Origin: a bacterium
GTDB lineage: Bacteria > UBA8248
DNA: 64,000 bases
Direction: 5' to 3'
NCBI GenBank assembly: GCA_965199855.1
Contig: OZ241326.1
Span: 1,888,001-1,952,000, forward strand
Positions 11,387 through 21,654 of this stretch are shown piece by piece. The first letter of the stretch is position 1. The number at the start of each line of letters is the position of its first letter. The translations under genes and the position numbers were made by a program. Below the pieces are notes generated by a model. The model saw only the letters and a program-made list of their open reading frames with translations. It was not told where the DNA came from and made no database searches.

Positions 11387-14359
11387 ATGATGAAACATAA
11401 CTTGACGCTTGAAGAAGAGTTGCGCGACGCCATTGACGGTGAGGCGCGCTTTGACGTTTTCACCAGGAAGATATACAGCACCGACGCGAGCATGTATGAG
11501 ATGGAGCCCGTTGGCGTCGTCCTCCCCAGAACGGACGACGACGTGCGGAAAACGCTCGAGATCGCCCGCCGCCATCAGGCCGCCATCCTCCCCCGGGGCG
11601 GCGGCACGAGCCTCGCCGGCCAGACGGTGGGCGAGGCGATCGTCCTCGATTTTTCCAAATACATGAACCGGATGATCGAACTGAACGCGGATGAGAAATG
11701 GGCGCGCGTCCAGCCGGGACTGGTGCAGGATCATTTCAACGATTATCTGAGTCCGCATGGCTTTGTTTTCGGCCCCAATACCTCCACGAGCAGCCGCGCC
11801 ACCATCGGCGGCATGGTGGGGAACAACTCCTCCGGCTCCCGCTCCATCGTCTATGGGAAGACGGTGGATCACGTCATCGAGGCGTCCGGCTATTTCGCCG
11901 ACGGCGCGCCCTTCTCCTTCGGGCCCCGGGACGCGGACTCTCTCGAGGAGCTCATGGAGCGGGACTCGCGCTCGGGCAGGCTTCACAAGGCGATCAAGGG
12001 CGTCGTGGACGCCCACCGGAAGGAGATCGCGGATCGCTATCCCAAAATCATGCGCCGCGTGAGCGGCTACAATCTCGACGAGCTCGCCAATGAGGCGCGG
12101 CCCTTCAATCTCGCCAAGCTTCTGACGGGCTCGGAGGGAACCCTGGGCGTCATCACGGAAATCAAGGCGCGCGTGTGTCCCAAGCCGAAGGCGCTCGGCG
12201 TTCTGGTGGTTCATTTTCACGGCATCGAGGAGGCGCTCGCCGCGAGCGCGACCATTCTGGCGCACGACGTGGCGGCGATAGAGATCATCGACAGGGTGAT
12301 CATCGAACTCGCGAAGCGGAACCTCGAAGCCCGGCGCCTCATGGGCAGCTTCGTGGAGGGAGACCCGGATTCCTTCCTGACGATTGAATTCTTCGCCGAA
12401 AGCGACGAGGAGGCCAGGGAGAAAGTCGGACGCCTGCGCGATGAGCTGGAAGCGAAAAACATCGGCTACGCGCGCGTTCCCCTGAACGATCCCGCGCACA
12501 AGCGGGATTGCCTGAACATGCGAAAGGCGGGGCTGGGCTTTCTCCTCGGGCGGCGGGGCGACTGGAAGCCCTGCGCCTTCGTGGAGGACTGCGCGGTGGC
12601 GCCCGAGCGCCTGCTGGACTATTACCGGCGCTTCGAGGCGATCATGAAGAAATACGACACGGCCACCTCCTACTACGGCCACACGAGCGTGGGCTTGCTG
12701 CACCTGCGCCCGCTCATCAACCTCAAGGACGGCGCGGAGATCGAAAAAATGGCCGCCATCGCCGAGGAGGTCTCCGACCTCGTGCTCGAATACGGCGGGG
12801 CGATGAGCGGGGAGCACGGAGACGGGCTGGCGAGGAGCCAGTGGGTGCCCAAATTCTTCGGCGAGGAGCTCTACGGCGCGTTCCTGGAAGTGAAGCGGCT
12901 CTTCGACCCCGAGAACCGGATGAACCCCGGGAAAATCGTCAACGCCCTCCCCTTCACGCGGAATCTCCGCTTCGACGGAGCGCATCAGACCCCGGAGGTG
13001 CCGACCATCATGGATTTCTCGGCCGACGGCGGCTTCGCGCGCGCGGTCGAGCTTTGCAGCGGGGTGGGCGCGTGCCGGAAGCGGGACGGCACGATGTGCC
13101 CCTCCTACCAGGCGACGCTGGAGGAGGAGCACTCCACGCGCGGGCGGGCGAACGCGCTTCGGGAGGTTATCGCCAACGGAATCCCCGGGGCGGACCTGGG
13201 CAGCGAGCGGCTCTACGAGGTGCTCGACCTTTGTCTCTCCTGCAAGGGCTGCAAGGCGGAGTGTCCATCGAGCGTGGACATGGCGAAGATCAAGGCGGAG
13301 GCGCTTCAGGCCTATTACGACAGGAACGGGACGCCCCTGCGGGCGCGGCTGATGGCGCGCGTCGCGCGCGTCAACCGTCTGAGCCTCCCCCTCGCCCCCC
13401 TCGTGAACCGGACGCTGGGCAGCCGCTTCGTGCGGTTCCTTCTCGACAGGCTTCTGGGCATCGACAGGCGAAGAAGCCTCCCTCCCCTGGCGACGCCCAC
13501 CTTCGAGGAGTGGTTCCGGGGCCGCCCCGCCGCCGGAGGCTCGGCCCCCGCGCGCGGCCCGGTTTTCTTTCTGAACGACACGTTCACGAATTTTCATTAT
13601 CCCGAAATCGGCAAGGCGGCGATCAGGGTGCTCGAGGCGGCCGGCTTCGGGGTCGAACTCGCCGAGGCGGGCTGCTGCGGGCGGCCGATGATATCGCACG
13701 GCCTTCTGCGCGAGGGCCAGAAGCTGGCGGAGGAGAACGTAGCGAGGCTCGCGCCCGCGGTCGAGGCGGGCGCGCCGATTGTCGGCGTCGAGCCGAGCTG
13801 CCTGCTGACTTTTCGGGATGAATACCCGGATCTCGTGGCGGGGGACGCTACCAGGCGCCTGGCGAAAAACTCCTGGATGCTGGAGGAATTCCTGCTGCAC
13901 TTGCGCGAGAAGGGAGAACTCGATTTGAAATTCAGGGGCGGGAGCCGGAGGAAAGCCCTCTTCCACGGCCATTGCCATCAAAAGGCGCTCGCGGGCGCGG
14001 AGCCTTCCCTGGCCGCGCTTGGCCTGATCCCCGGCCTGGCGGTGGAGCAGATCGCCTCGGGCTGCTGCGGCATGGCGGGTTCATTCGGCTACGAGAAGGA
14101 GCATTACGACGTTTCGCTCGCCATCGGCGAGATGAAGCTCTTCCCCGCCCTGCGGGAGGCGGAAGACGACGCGGCCATCATCGCCAACGGCGTCTCCTGC
14201 CGGCAGCAAATCGCCGCGGGCGTAGGCAAAAAGGCGCTTCACCTGGCCGAGGCGCTCGCCGAGGCGCTGGAAGAACAGGAGAAAAATGATATGGTAAAGA
14301 GAAACGTTGTCTCAGTGCACACGCTCAATAGGAGACTTGAAAATGGCCCAGATTATTGA
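11387..14359 (+). CDS. FAD-linked oxidase with Fe-S and CCG domains (GlcD/GlcF fusion, YdiJ-like)
   Basis: RGGGTSLAGQ, GSEGTLG, SGEHGDG, CSGVGAC, CLSCKGCKAECP, CCG motifs. Confidence 0.92.
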   Translation: MMKHNLTLEEELRDAIDGEARFDVFTRKIYSTDASMYEMEPVGVVLPRTDDDVRKTLEIARRHQAAILPRGGGTSLAGQTVGEAIVLDFSKYMNRMIELNADEKWARVQPGLVQDHFNDYLSPHGFVFGPNTSTSSRATIGGMVGNNSSGSRSIVYGKTVDHVIEASGYFADGAPFSFGPRDADSLEELMERDSRSGRLHKAIKGVVDAHRKEIADRYPKIMRRVSGYNLDELANEARPFNLAKLLTGSEGTLGVITEIKARVCPKPKALGVLVVHFHGIEEALAASATILAHDVAAIEIIDRVIIELAKRNLEARRLMGSFVEGDPDSFLTIEFFAESDEEAREKVGRLRDELEAKNIGYARVPLNDPAHKRDCLNMRKAGLGFLLGRRGDWKPCAFVEDCAVAPERLLDYYRRFEAIMKKYDTATSYYGHTSVGLLHLRPLINLKDGAEIEKMAAIAEEVSDLVLEYGGAMSGEHGDGLARSQWVPKFFGEELYGAFLEVKRLFDPENRMNPGKIVNALPFTRNLRFDGAHQTPEVPTIMDFSADGGFARAVELCSGVGACRKRDGTMCPSYQATLEEEHSTRGRANALREVIANGIPGADLGSERLYEVLDLCLSCKGCKAECPSSVDMAKIKAEALQAYYDRNGTPLRARLMARVARVNRLSLPLAPLVNRTLGSRFVRFLLDRLLGIDRRRSLPPLATPTFEEWFRGRPAAGGSAPARGPVFFLNDTFTNFHYPEIGKAAIRVLEAAGFGVELAEAGCCGRPMISHGLLREGQKLAEENVARLAPAVEAGAPIVGVEPSCLLTFRDEYPDLVAGDATRRLAKNSWMLEEFLLHLREKGELDLKFRGGSRRKALFHGHCHQKALAGAEPSLAALGLIPGLAVEQIASGCCGMAGSFGYEKEHYDVSLAIGEMKLFPALREAEDDAAIIANGVSCRQQIAAGVGKKALHLAEALAEALEEQEKNDMVKRNVVSVHTLNRRLENGPDY

Positions 14360-16037
14360 GGCCAAGGAACAAAGACTGGGGGATATATTCAACGACGCTT
14401 ACGATTTCAGAATACCCCCATATCAACGGCCTTACGCATGGACGACGGAGCAAACGTCCGCTCTTCTCGATGACCTGCAGACGGCTCTCAATACTGGCGG
14501 AAATGTAAAGATAGAGGAAATGCCGCCCTACTTTCTTGGGAGCATTGTCGTCATAAAGGAAAGAGAGAAGGCGCCCTCTGACGTCATTGACGGCCAGCAG
14601 CGGCTCACCACTCTCACGATTCTGCTTTGCGTCCTGCGCGAGATCGAAGAGGAGCCCAAAAGGAAAATCGCTCTTCATAAACGTGTGAACGCATCGGGAG
14701 ACCCCTTTGTAGGCACTCCCGACAGGTTCAGGTTGCAGTTGCGAGAGCGGGACAAAGAATTTTTCAGAGCGAGGGTGCAAACCGAGGGACATCTGAAAAA
14801 ATTCCTGGATGAAAGTCAAAACGAGAAATTGACGGATAGCCGGAAGCGGATATTTGAAAACGCTCAACATTTGTGGACTGAACTCTTTAAGCTTGATCAA
14901 TCAAAGCGGCACAGACTGATAGAATTTCTTCTCCAGCGTTGTTATCTCGTCGTCGTCTCCTCCTCAAACCTGGATTCGGCGTACCGCGTATTCGCCGTGA
15001 TGAATGATCGCGGACTCGACCTTTCCGCTACGGATATCCTCAAGGCCGAAATTATCGGAGAGTTGCCCGAAGATAACCGTGAGGCCTACACCGAAAAGTG
15101 GGAAGAAATTGAAGAAGAGCTGGGGCGTGATGATTTCGCAAGCCTCTTTGCCCATATTCGGATGATCTATCAGAAGTGCAAACAGCAACGAACCTTGATT
15201 CAGGAATTTCTCGAAGGCGTCCTGCCTCAGACAAAAGGCGAAAAATTTATTGACGATGTGCTCGTACCGCTTTCGGAGTCATATCAGGTCGTCGTAAAGA
15301 CTGGCTATGAGAGCGCCAACGATGCCGACAAGATCAATAGATACCTAGAGTATTTGAGGGGTCTCGACAATTTCGATTGGGTGCCGCCGGCAATCGCTTT
15401 TTTCGCACGTCACAAAGGCGATTTTGATCGGCTCCTTCAATTCACGCGCGATCTTGAGCGACTGGCCTATGTCTTGTTCATTCGCGGAGCAGACGTCAAC
15501 AAACGCATCATCCGTTATGCGAAGATTCTACTGGCGATCGAAAAAGGGGACGGTCTTTACGAGGATACCGCGCCGCTCCCACTGAAACCCGAAGAAAAGA
15601 GAGAAGTTCGTGAGATACTTGACGGAGATATCTACAATACTTGGCGTACCAAGTCCTTGCGCCTCTTGCTCCTCCGGCTGGATAGCCTGTTGGCCGGTGA
15701 AGGGGCTACCTATGATCACAAAACCATCAGCGTCGAGCATGTCCTTCCCCAAGCCCCGGCAGGGGAATGGTTGAAGTTGTTCCCCGACGAGCAGGACAGA
15801 GAAAACTGGACGCATAAGCTTGCCAATCTGGTTTTGCTCTCCCGCAAAACAAATGCGAAAGTGCAAAATCATGACTTTGAGCGCAAAAAAACAGGGTATT
15901 TCTCAACAGAAGATGGCGTTAGTCCCTTCGCCCTCACCACCCAGGTGTTGCAACAATCGGAATGGACTACGGATGTTTTGGAAAGACGCCAACGAGAGCT
16001 CCTGGAGAAGTTGGCGAAAGAATGGCGGCTTGATTAG
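14343..16037 (+). CDS. DUF262 + DUF1524 protein (GmrSD-like modification-dependent restriction nuclease)
   Basis: IPPYQRPYAW, IDGQQRLTT, F..MNDRG..LS..DILK; C-terminal EHVLPQ...LANLVLL...N; AGGAG RBS before ATG 14343; visibly lower GC than flanks. Confidence 0.88.
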   Translation: MAQIIEAKEQRLGDIFNDAYDFRIPPYQRPYAWTTEQTSALLDDLQTALNTGGNVKIEEMPPYFLGSIVVIKEREKAPSDVIDGQQRLTTLTILLCVLREIEEEPKRKIALHKRVNASGDPFVGTPDRFRLQLRERDKEFFRARVQTEGHLKKFLDESQNEKLTDSRKRIFENAQHLWTELFKLDQSKRHRLIEFLLQRCYLVVVSSSNLDSAYRVFAVMNDRGLDLSATDILKAEIIGELPEDNREAYTEKWEEIEEELGRDDFASLFAHIRMIYQKCKQQRTLIQEFLEGVLPQTKGEKFIDDVLVPLSESYQVVVKTGYESANDADKINRYLEYLRGLDNFDWVPPAIAFFARHKGDFDRLLQFTRDLERLAYVLFIRGADVNKRIIRYAKILLAIEKGDGLYEDTAPLPLKPEEKREVREILDGDIYNTWRTKSLRLLLLRLDSLLAGEGATYDHKTISVEHVLPQAPAGEWLKLFPDEQDRENWTHKLANLVLLSRKTNAKVQNHDFERKKTGYFSTEDGVSPFALTTQVLQQSEWTTDVLERRQRELLEKLAKEWRLD

Positions 16038-16085
16038 CCAGACGAACTGCAGGCCAAGCCCGGCAAGTCGCCGATATGCCCCCTC

Positions 16086-17180
16086 CTAGTCCGGATTCCG
16101 GATGACTGACCTGAGCGTCTCGCCGCGCTCCATGGCCTCGAAGGCGGGCTCCACGTCCTCCAGGCCGATGACCTGGGTGACCATGCGGTCGAGGTCCAGC
16201 TCCCCCTTCTCGTACCAGTCGGCGAGAAGCGGAAAATCCCTTGAGGGCAGGCAATCCCCATACCAGCTCACGCGCAGCGCGCCGCCCAGGCCGAAGAACT
16301 GGAGCATGGGCAATTCCACCTTCATGTCGGGAGACGGCACGCCGATGAGCGTGCAGGTGCCGGCCAGATCGCGCGACCAGAGGGCCTGGAGAAGCGTTCC
16401 GGGCGTTCCCACGGCCTCGAAGGAGTAATCCACGCCGCTGCCGCCGGTGAGCTCCTTGATCGCCTCGACCGGGTCGGTCTCCGAGGCGTTGACGACGTCG
16501 GTTGCGCCGAACTCCCGGGCCCAGGCGAGCTTGTTCTCCGCGATATCGACGCCGATGATTCTGGCCGCCCGCGACATTTTGGTGCCCATGATGACGCTGC
16601 ACCCCACGCCGCCGCATCCATACACCGCCACGCTGCTCCCGCGCCTGACCTGGGCGGTGTAGAGCGAGGCGCCCACGCCCGTCATCACCCCGCAGCCGAT
16701 GAGGCAGGCCTGCTCCGGCGTACAGACGGTCGGCACCTTGACGGCCTGCTTCGCCGAGACGACCGTGTGCGTGCAGAACGTGCCGATGCCGAGGGAGGGG
16801 CTCAGGGGCTGTCCGTCTTTTTTCGCGCGGATTCTGGAGGCCGCGTTCAGGCTGGCGGCGCAAAGATGGGGCTGGCCGATGGCGCAGAACCGGCAGACGC
16901 CGCAGGGGGCGCGCCAGGCGAGGACGACGTAATCCCCCGCGGCCAGATCGGACACGCCCTCCCCCACTTCCTGGACGACGCCAGAGCCCTCGTGGCCGAG
17001 GAGATAGGGAAATTCATCCCCGATTTTTCCGAGCTTGTAGTGGAGGTCGGTGTGGCAGACGCCGCTCGCCTGGATTTTGACCAGCGCCTCGCCGGGGCCC
17101 GGGGAACCAAGCTCGATTTCCTCCACTTCCGCGCGCGCCCCCGCCTTTCTCGAAATCACGCCGTGGCCGATGATGCTCAT
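16086..17180 (-). CDS. Zn-dependent alcohol dehydrogenase, MscR/AdhE2-like
   Basis: GVCHTDLH, LGHEGSG, CGVCRFC..G.PHLC, GCGGVG, SWYGDCLPSRDFP; start after GGGGAG. Confidence 0.88.
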   Translation of the reverse strand: MSIIGHGVISRKAGARAEVEEIELGSPGPGEALVKIQASGVCHTDLHYKLGKIGDEFPYLLGHEGSGVVQEVGEGVSDLAAGDYVVLAWRAPCGVCRFCAIGQPHLCAASLNAASRIRAKKDGQPLSPSLGIGTFCTHTVVSAKQAVKVPTVCTPEQACLIGCGVMTGVGASLYTAQVRRGSSVAVYGCGGVGCSVIMGTKMSRAARIIGVDIAENKLAWAREFGATDVVNASETDPVEAIKELTGGSGVDYSFEAVGTPGTLLQALWSRDLAGTCTLIGVPSPDMKVELPMLQFFGLGGALRVSWYGDCLPSRDFPLLADWYEKGELDLDRMVTQVIGLEDVEPAFEAMERGETLRSVIRNPD

Positions 17181-17306
17181 TCGCTCCCCCCTTTCCCCGG
17201 ATCGCGCATTCCCGGCGCGCCCGCTATAATGCGCCGCGCAAGCTTCGATGCTTTCAAGAATGGCATGATTGTCGCGCATGAGGGATTTTCGCGCAAGGAG
17301 GGGAAT

Positions 17307-18497
17307 ATGTCCGAAGAACTGTATCCGCGCTTCTCGGAAGAGGAGATGGGCAGGCGGCACGGGCTGGCGAGGGGTCTGATGGAGACCGAGGGTCTGGACG
17401 CCCTCCTGTTCTTCGGCCTCGGCGGGACGAACCGAAACGCCCAGGCGAACATTTACTGGCTCTCGTGCTACAGGGATTTCAACCACTGCTATCTGATTTT
17501 TCCCCGGGAAGCCCCCCCTTCCCTTTTCACCGGCCTCTACAACCACCTGCACAACGCCCGGATGCAGTGCATCTTCGAGGACGTGCGCCACGGCGCCTAT
17601 GGGAACCCCGAGCGCATGGCGGATCAGCTCGACGCCCTGGGGCTGGGGAGCGCGCGCGTCGGCCTCGTGGGGCTGAACCCCCGCTTCCGGATTCTGCTGC
17701 CCTTCGAGCACATGGACTACCTCAAGGAGCGCTTTCCCGAAGCGCGCTGGATCGACGTGAGCGCCAAATTCCGGGACTTGAGGCTGGTCAAGAGCGAGGA
17801 GGAGATCGCGTGGCTCACCGAGGGAGCGAGGCTCACCGACCTCGCCATGGAGGCGGCGACCGTTCACGCGAGGCCCGGGATTCGGGAGATCGAGCTGTCG
17901 GGCCGGATGGCCTCCGCGTTCCGGGAGCAGGGCGGCGAGCAGATGGTGCAGTTCGTGACGGCCACGCCGATGGCGAATCCCCGCACCCCCGTCCCCTGGC
18001 AGAATCCCACGATGAGAAAACTGGAGGTCGGCGACGCGCTCATCATGGAGATCAGCGCGGCCTGGCAGGGCTACGCGGGCCAGAGTTTGCGCACCTTCAC
18101 CATCGGCGCGGACCCGACGCCGCCCTATCAGGCGCTGCTCGACGCCGCCATCGAGGTGTTCGAGAGCGTGGGCGCGACGATGAAGGCGGGAAATTCCGCC
18201 CGGGCCGTCTTCGAGGCCACCGATTCTCTGCCCGAGAAGGGATTTGAGATTTACGACTCCCTCGCCCATGGCTTCGGCACGGATTTGCTTCAGCCCTCCA
18301 TCGGCATCCGGGGGTCGAACTACCTCGCCCCGCCGGCCGATTTCAGATACGAGGAAAACATGGTGATGGTGATTCAGCCGAACCCGATGGACGCGGAGGG
18401 CCGCGGCGTGCAGATGGGCGATTTGGGCGTGGTCACCCGGGAGGGCTTCCGGTCCCTGCACACGTTCCCCATGCGCGCGTTTCGGTGCGGGGGCTGA
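17307..18497 (+). CDS. M24 (creatinase/prolidase-like) family hydrolase
   Basis: creatinase-like N-domain, LRLVKSEEEI, RPGIREIEL, HGFG; AAGGAGG RBS. Confidence 0.8.
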   Translation: MSEELYPRFSEEEMGRRHGLARGLMETEGLDALLFFGLGGTNRNAQANIYWLSCYRDFNHCYLIFPREAPPSLFTGLYNHLHNARMQCIFEDVRHGAYGNPERMADQLDALGLGSARVGLVGLNPRFRILLPFEHMDYLKERFPEARWIDVSAKFRDLRLVKSEEEIAWLTEGARLTDLAMEAATVHARPGIREIELSGRMASAFREQGGEQMVQFVTATPMANPRTPVPWQNPTMRKLEVGDALIMEISAAWQGYAGQSLRTFTIGADPTPPYQALLDAAIEVFESVGATMKAGNSARAVFEATDSLPEKGFEIYDSLAHGFGTDLLQPSIGIRGSNYLAPPADFRYEENMVMVIQPNPMDAEGRGVQMGDLGVVTREGFRSLHTFPMRAFRCGG

Positions 18498-18608
18498 GGG
18501 CGCTCCCTCGGCGGGAACCTTCCGCCGTCCCGTTCAGTCCCCATATTCTCGGCGGATGGCCCCGGCCGCGCGAACGCTCGCGCCGAAATGCCCGGCCGCA
18601 GGGGATAT

Positions 18609-19526
18609 TCAGGCGTCCAGGTGATCGGCCAGATAGGCGATGGCCCTCCCGATCGCCGCTTTCTGGAGATCGTCAACGGCGTATTCTCCATCCTCTCCCC
18701 GCTCGGGGAAAATATATCGGTGCATCGGATGATCGTATGAAGCCCACTCGACGTCGCTTCCCGCCTCGCGCATCAAATCGTAAACGGCCCGGAATATGCC
18801 CTGGAGATGATCCCCCTCTCTGCCCATGACGAGAATCGGCGCGCGGACGCGCCGCATTCTCTCAAGCGCCAGTTCTTCGTTGATGCGCGCCCTGACCTTC
18901 TCGACCTCCGCCATCACCATCCCCTCGATGTTTCTGAGGCGGGTTTCCTCGTTGACGAACGCGGTCTCGTCCGGCGCGAGGTCGAGAAATTCATGGGCGG
19001 CCGGCTCGCAGGCCACGCAGGCTCGAACGCCGTCGTATTCCGCGGTGATTTTCAGGATCATCTCACCCGCGTGACTCACGCCCATGAGGCCGATGCGGTT
19101 CTCGTCCACTTCGGGCAGCGTTCTCAGATGCCTGATGATCGAAATTTCGTCTTCGTATTCCAGCGGGGAGCGGTTCAGAAGCTGCCTGCCCTGCCGGACG
19201 TCCTCGACGAGGCGTCCCCCCTTGCTGTAGCCGAGCTCCACTTCCGCGCGGTATCTCAGCCAGGCGCAGGCGTAGCCCGCCTCCAGCAGACGCTCCTGAA
19301 CGTAGCCTTTGCTTCGGGTCGCCTCGCGCACCCAGGCCATTCCGCCGCCGCCGTTTCCGCTCGCCAGCAAGACGGCGGGATGAGGCCCCGCCCCCTTGGG
19401 CGTCCTCAACCCTATCGGCGCATATACGCCGTCGAGCAGTTCGACATACATGAGATGAACGGGGTATTCCGAACCCGGGACCCGCTCGGCGATGACGACG
19501 CGCTCGGGATTGATTCCGGTTTCCAA
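18609..19526 (-). CDS. alpha/beta-fold hydrolase
   Basis: PEVDENRIGLMGVSHAG nucleophile elbow; late Asp and His; GAGGAG RBS. Confidence 0.7.
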   Translation of the reverse strand: METGINPERVVIAERVPGSEYPVHLMYVELLDGVYAPIGLRTPKGAGPHPAVLLASGNGGGGMAWVREATRSKGYVQERLLEAGYACAWLRYRAEVELGYSKGGRLVEDVRQGRQLLNRSPLEYEDEISIIRHLRTLPEVDENRIGLMGVSHAGEMILKITAEYDGVRACVACEPAAHEFLDLAPDETAFVNEETRLRNIEGMVMAEVEKVRARINEELALERMRRVRAPILVMGREGDHLQGIFRAVYDLMREAGSDVEWASYDHPMHRYIFPERGEDGEYAVDDLQKAAIGRAIAYLADHLDA

Positions 19527-19599
19527 AGAATGCTCCTCATCGGGGCGAAGCGCTTCCGGCCCGGCGCGAGAGTCCAGCAGTCGGGACGGCGATTTCTCC

Positions 19600-19676
19600 T
19601 GGTACCCCCGGCAGGATTCGAACCTGCGGCCTACGGATTAGGAATCCGGCGCTCTATCCTGCTGAGCTACGGGGGC
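19600..19676 (-). tRNA. tRNA-Arg(CCT)
   Basis: reverse complement GCCCCCGTAGCTCAGCAGGATAGAGCG...TTCCTAA...GGTTCGAATCC...ACCA, 77 nt with encoded CCA. Confidence 0.95.
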
Positions 19677-19702
19677 ACGAGACGAAGGCGGCGATCCTTT
19701 CC

Positions 19703-20230
19703 TCAATCGTATTTTATCAAAGCGCGCACGGGGTGTGGAGCGAGGCGCTCGCGCCCGTTGAGAAACGCGAGCTCGATGAAGAACGAGAGTCCATGCACGC
19801 GGCCGCCGAGGGATTCCACGAGCGACACGCAGGCGGCGGCGGTGCCGCCGGTGGCGAGCAGGTCGTCGGCGATGACGACCTTCATGCCGGGCGCGACGGC
19901 GTCCTTGTGAATTTCGAGCGCGCCGCTCCCGTATTCGAGTTCATAGGCGGCCCGCGCCTTCTCCCAGGGAAGTTTTCCCGGCTTTCTCGCCAGGACGAAG
20001 CCCGCCCCGATCTTGCAGGCCAAAGGCGCCCCGATGATGAAGCCTCGCGCCTCCGCGCCCAGCACCATGTCGATTTCCTCTCCCATCAGAGGCTCCGCCG
20101 CCATGTCCAGCGCCGTCCGGAAAGCCCTGGCGTTTTGCAGAAGGGGGGTGATGTCCTTGAATACGACGCCCTCTTTAGGGAAATCCGGCACGTCCCGGAC
20201 GTAGGGCAGAAGTTCGCTGATCCCGGACAT
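19703..20230 (-). CDS. apt: adenine phosphoribosyltransferase
   Basis: [39 protein letters not shown]. Confidence 0.97.
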   Translation of the reverse strand: MSGISELLPYVRDVPDFPKEGVVFKDITPLLQNARAFRTALDMAAEPLMGEEIDMVLGAEARGFIIGAPLACKIGAGFVLARKPGKLPWEKARAAYELEYGSGALEIHKDAVAPGMKVVIADDLLATGGTAAACVSLVESLGGRVHGLSFFIELAFLNGRERLAPHPVRALIKYD

Positions 20231-20266
20231 GAGCCCGAATCCTCTCGGCGGGGAGCGGATGCGTTT

Positions 20267-21106
20267 TTACGGCAAATAGGATAGCGGGTTTTGGGGCCGC
20301 GTGCGATGCCTGATCTCGAAATGAAGGCGCGCGCTCTTGAAGCGCCGCGTGCGGCCCGCCAGGGCGATGGGCGCCCCGCGCGAGACCCGCTGACCCTTGC
20401 GCACGAGGTTCTTGGCGACGTGGGCGTAGATGGAGTGATACTCGCCTCCCCGGTGGCGCAGGATGATGAGGCGACCGAGATTCCCGGGGCCGAAATCGGA
20501 GAAAATGACGCGGCCCGGCGCGGCGGCGCGCACCTTGTCGCGTTCGCGGGCGGCGATGAGGATGCCGTTCGCCCTTTGGCCGCCTCGCGCCCTGAAGCGG
20601 CGCATCACGCGGCCCCGCAAGGGCCAGGAGAATCGGGGCGCGCCCTTGACCGCCGCCCTCCTCCCCTCCTTCGCGCGCGCGCGGCACTCCCCGCCGGGGC
20701 TTTTCGCTCTCGCTTTCGGTGAGGCGGAGACGCGGCGCGGCGGAGGCGTCTTCCGGCGAGGCGGAGCCGCCCATCGAGGGCGGCGCTTCGGGGGCTGGCG
20801 AGGAACTTTGGCTGCCGGGACGCGGCGCGCGCCTTTCGCGCCCGGGATGAAGAGCCGCTTGCCCGCCTGCAGGCGATCGGGGTTGTCGATGCCGTTCAGG
20901 ACGGCGATTTGCTCGACTTCCACCCCATAGGCGCGTCCGATGAGCCAGAGGCTCTCGCCGCGCCGCACGGTGTGATGAACGCCGCCCGGGTCCCGGATTT
21001 CGGGGGCTTCGCGCCGCTCCCTCGCGTCCCGGCTTCTCTGCGGCGGTTCAACCAGTGCGCAGCCGCTCAGCAAAATCAAGAAAAACAGGCATCCCCTGCG
21101 CCGCAT
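20267..21106 (-). CDS. LysM + M23 lipoprotein (NlpD-like)
   Basis: lipobox LLSGC, LysM HTVRRGESLW.I, degenerate M23 (NGILI instead of HxxxD; YAH; LHFEIR); ATG 21106 after GGAGG. Confidence 0.85.
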   Translation of the reverse strand: MRRRGCLFFLILLSGCALVEPPQRSRDARERREAPEIRDPGGVHHTVRRGESLWLIGRAYGVEVEQIAVLNGIDNPDRLQAGKRLFIPGAKGARRVPAAKVPRQPPKRRPRWAAPPRRKTPPPRRVSASPKARAKSPGGECRARAKEGRRAAVKGAPRFSWPLRGRVMRRFRARGGQRANGILIAARERDKVRAAAPGRVIFSDFGPGNLGRLIILRHRGGEYHSIYAHVAKNLVRKGQRVSRGAPIALAGRTRRFKSARLHFEIRHRTRPQNPLSYLP

Positions 21107-21176
21107 TGCGCGTCGTCCTCCTGCAACTGGAGCGGGCGAAACGTCCAATCAAGCCTCCACACCGCGCGTCATTGCG

Positions 21177-21623
21177 TCAGGAATCCAAAGCGAGCCTCAC
21201 GGCCTCCCGGGGGCTGGAGGCGCGAAGTACCCCCTCCGGGCTGTTCTCGCGCCCGAGGGAGACGACCCGCTTGCCGAGTTTTAACCCCAGTGCGATTTCA
21301 GACAGGGTGCCGTGCGCGCCCGCCAGGGCGATGAGCGCGTGGGCCGTGGCCGCTATGATGGCGTTTCGGGCGTGTCCCATGCCGGTGGCGACGGGAATGT
21401 CGATGAACGGATTGGCGGATTTCGCGTCATAGGAAGGCAGAACGCCCACCGTGAGGCCGCCCGCTTCTTTCGCCCCGCGCGCGGCGGCGCACATGACGCC
21501 GCCCAGCCCCCCGCATACGAGCACGGCGCCCGCCTTGGCGATTTCGGCGCCCGCCGCCTTCGCCAGGGAGTCCGTCTCCGGGGCAGGATCGGAATCGCCG
21601 ACCACGCCGATGATGGTTCGCAT
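21177..21623 (-). CDS. LOG/Rossmann-fold nucleotide-binding protein (TIGR00725-like)
   Basis: LVCGGLGGVM.AAARGA..AGGLTVGVLP, TGMGHARN, GTLSEIA. Confidence 0.85.
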   Translation of the reverse strand: MRTIIGVVGDSDPAPETDSLAKAAGAEIAKAGAVLVCGGLGGVMCAAARGAKEAGGLTVGVLPSYDAKSANPFIDIPVATGMGHARNAIIAATAHALIALAGAHGTLSEIALGLKLGKRVVSLGRENSPEGVLRASSPREAVRLALDS

Positions 21624-21654
21624 CAGATCATCCCGGGGCGGATTCTCCGCATGG

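Noticed and set aside
14290-19600. Integrative island anchored at tRNA-Arg(CCT)
   Set aside because: No integrase or tRNA 3' duplication seen; only the GmrSD-like gene has atypical composition
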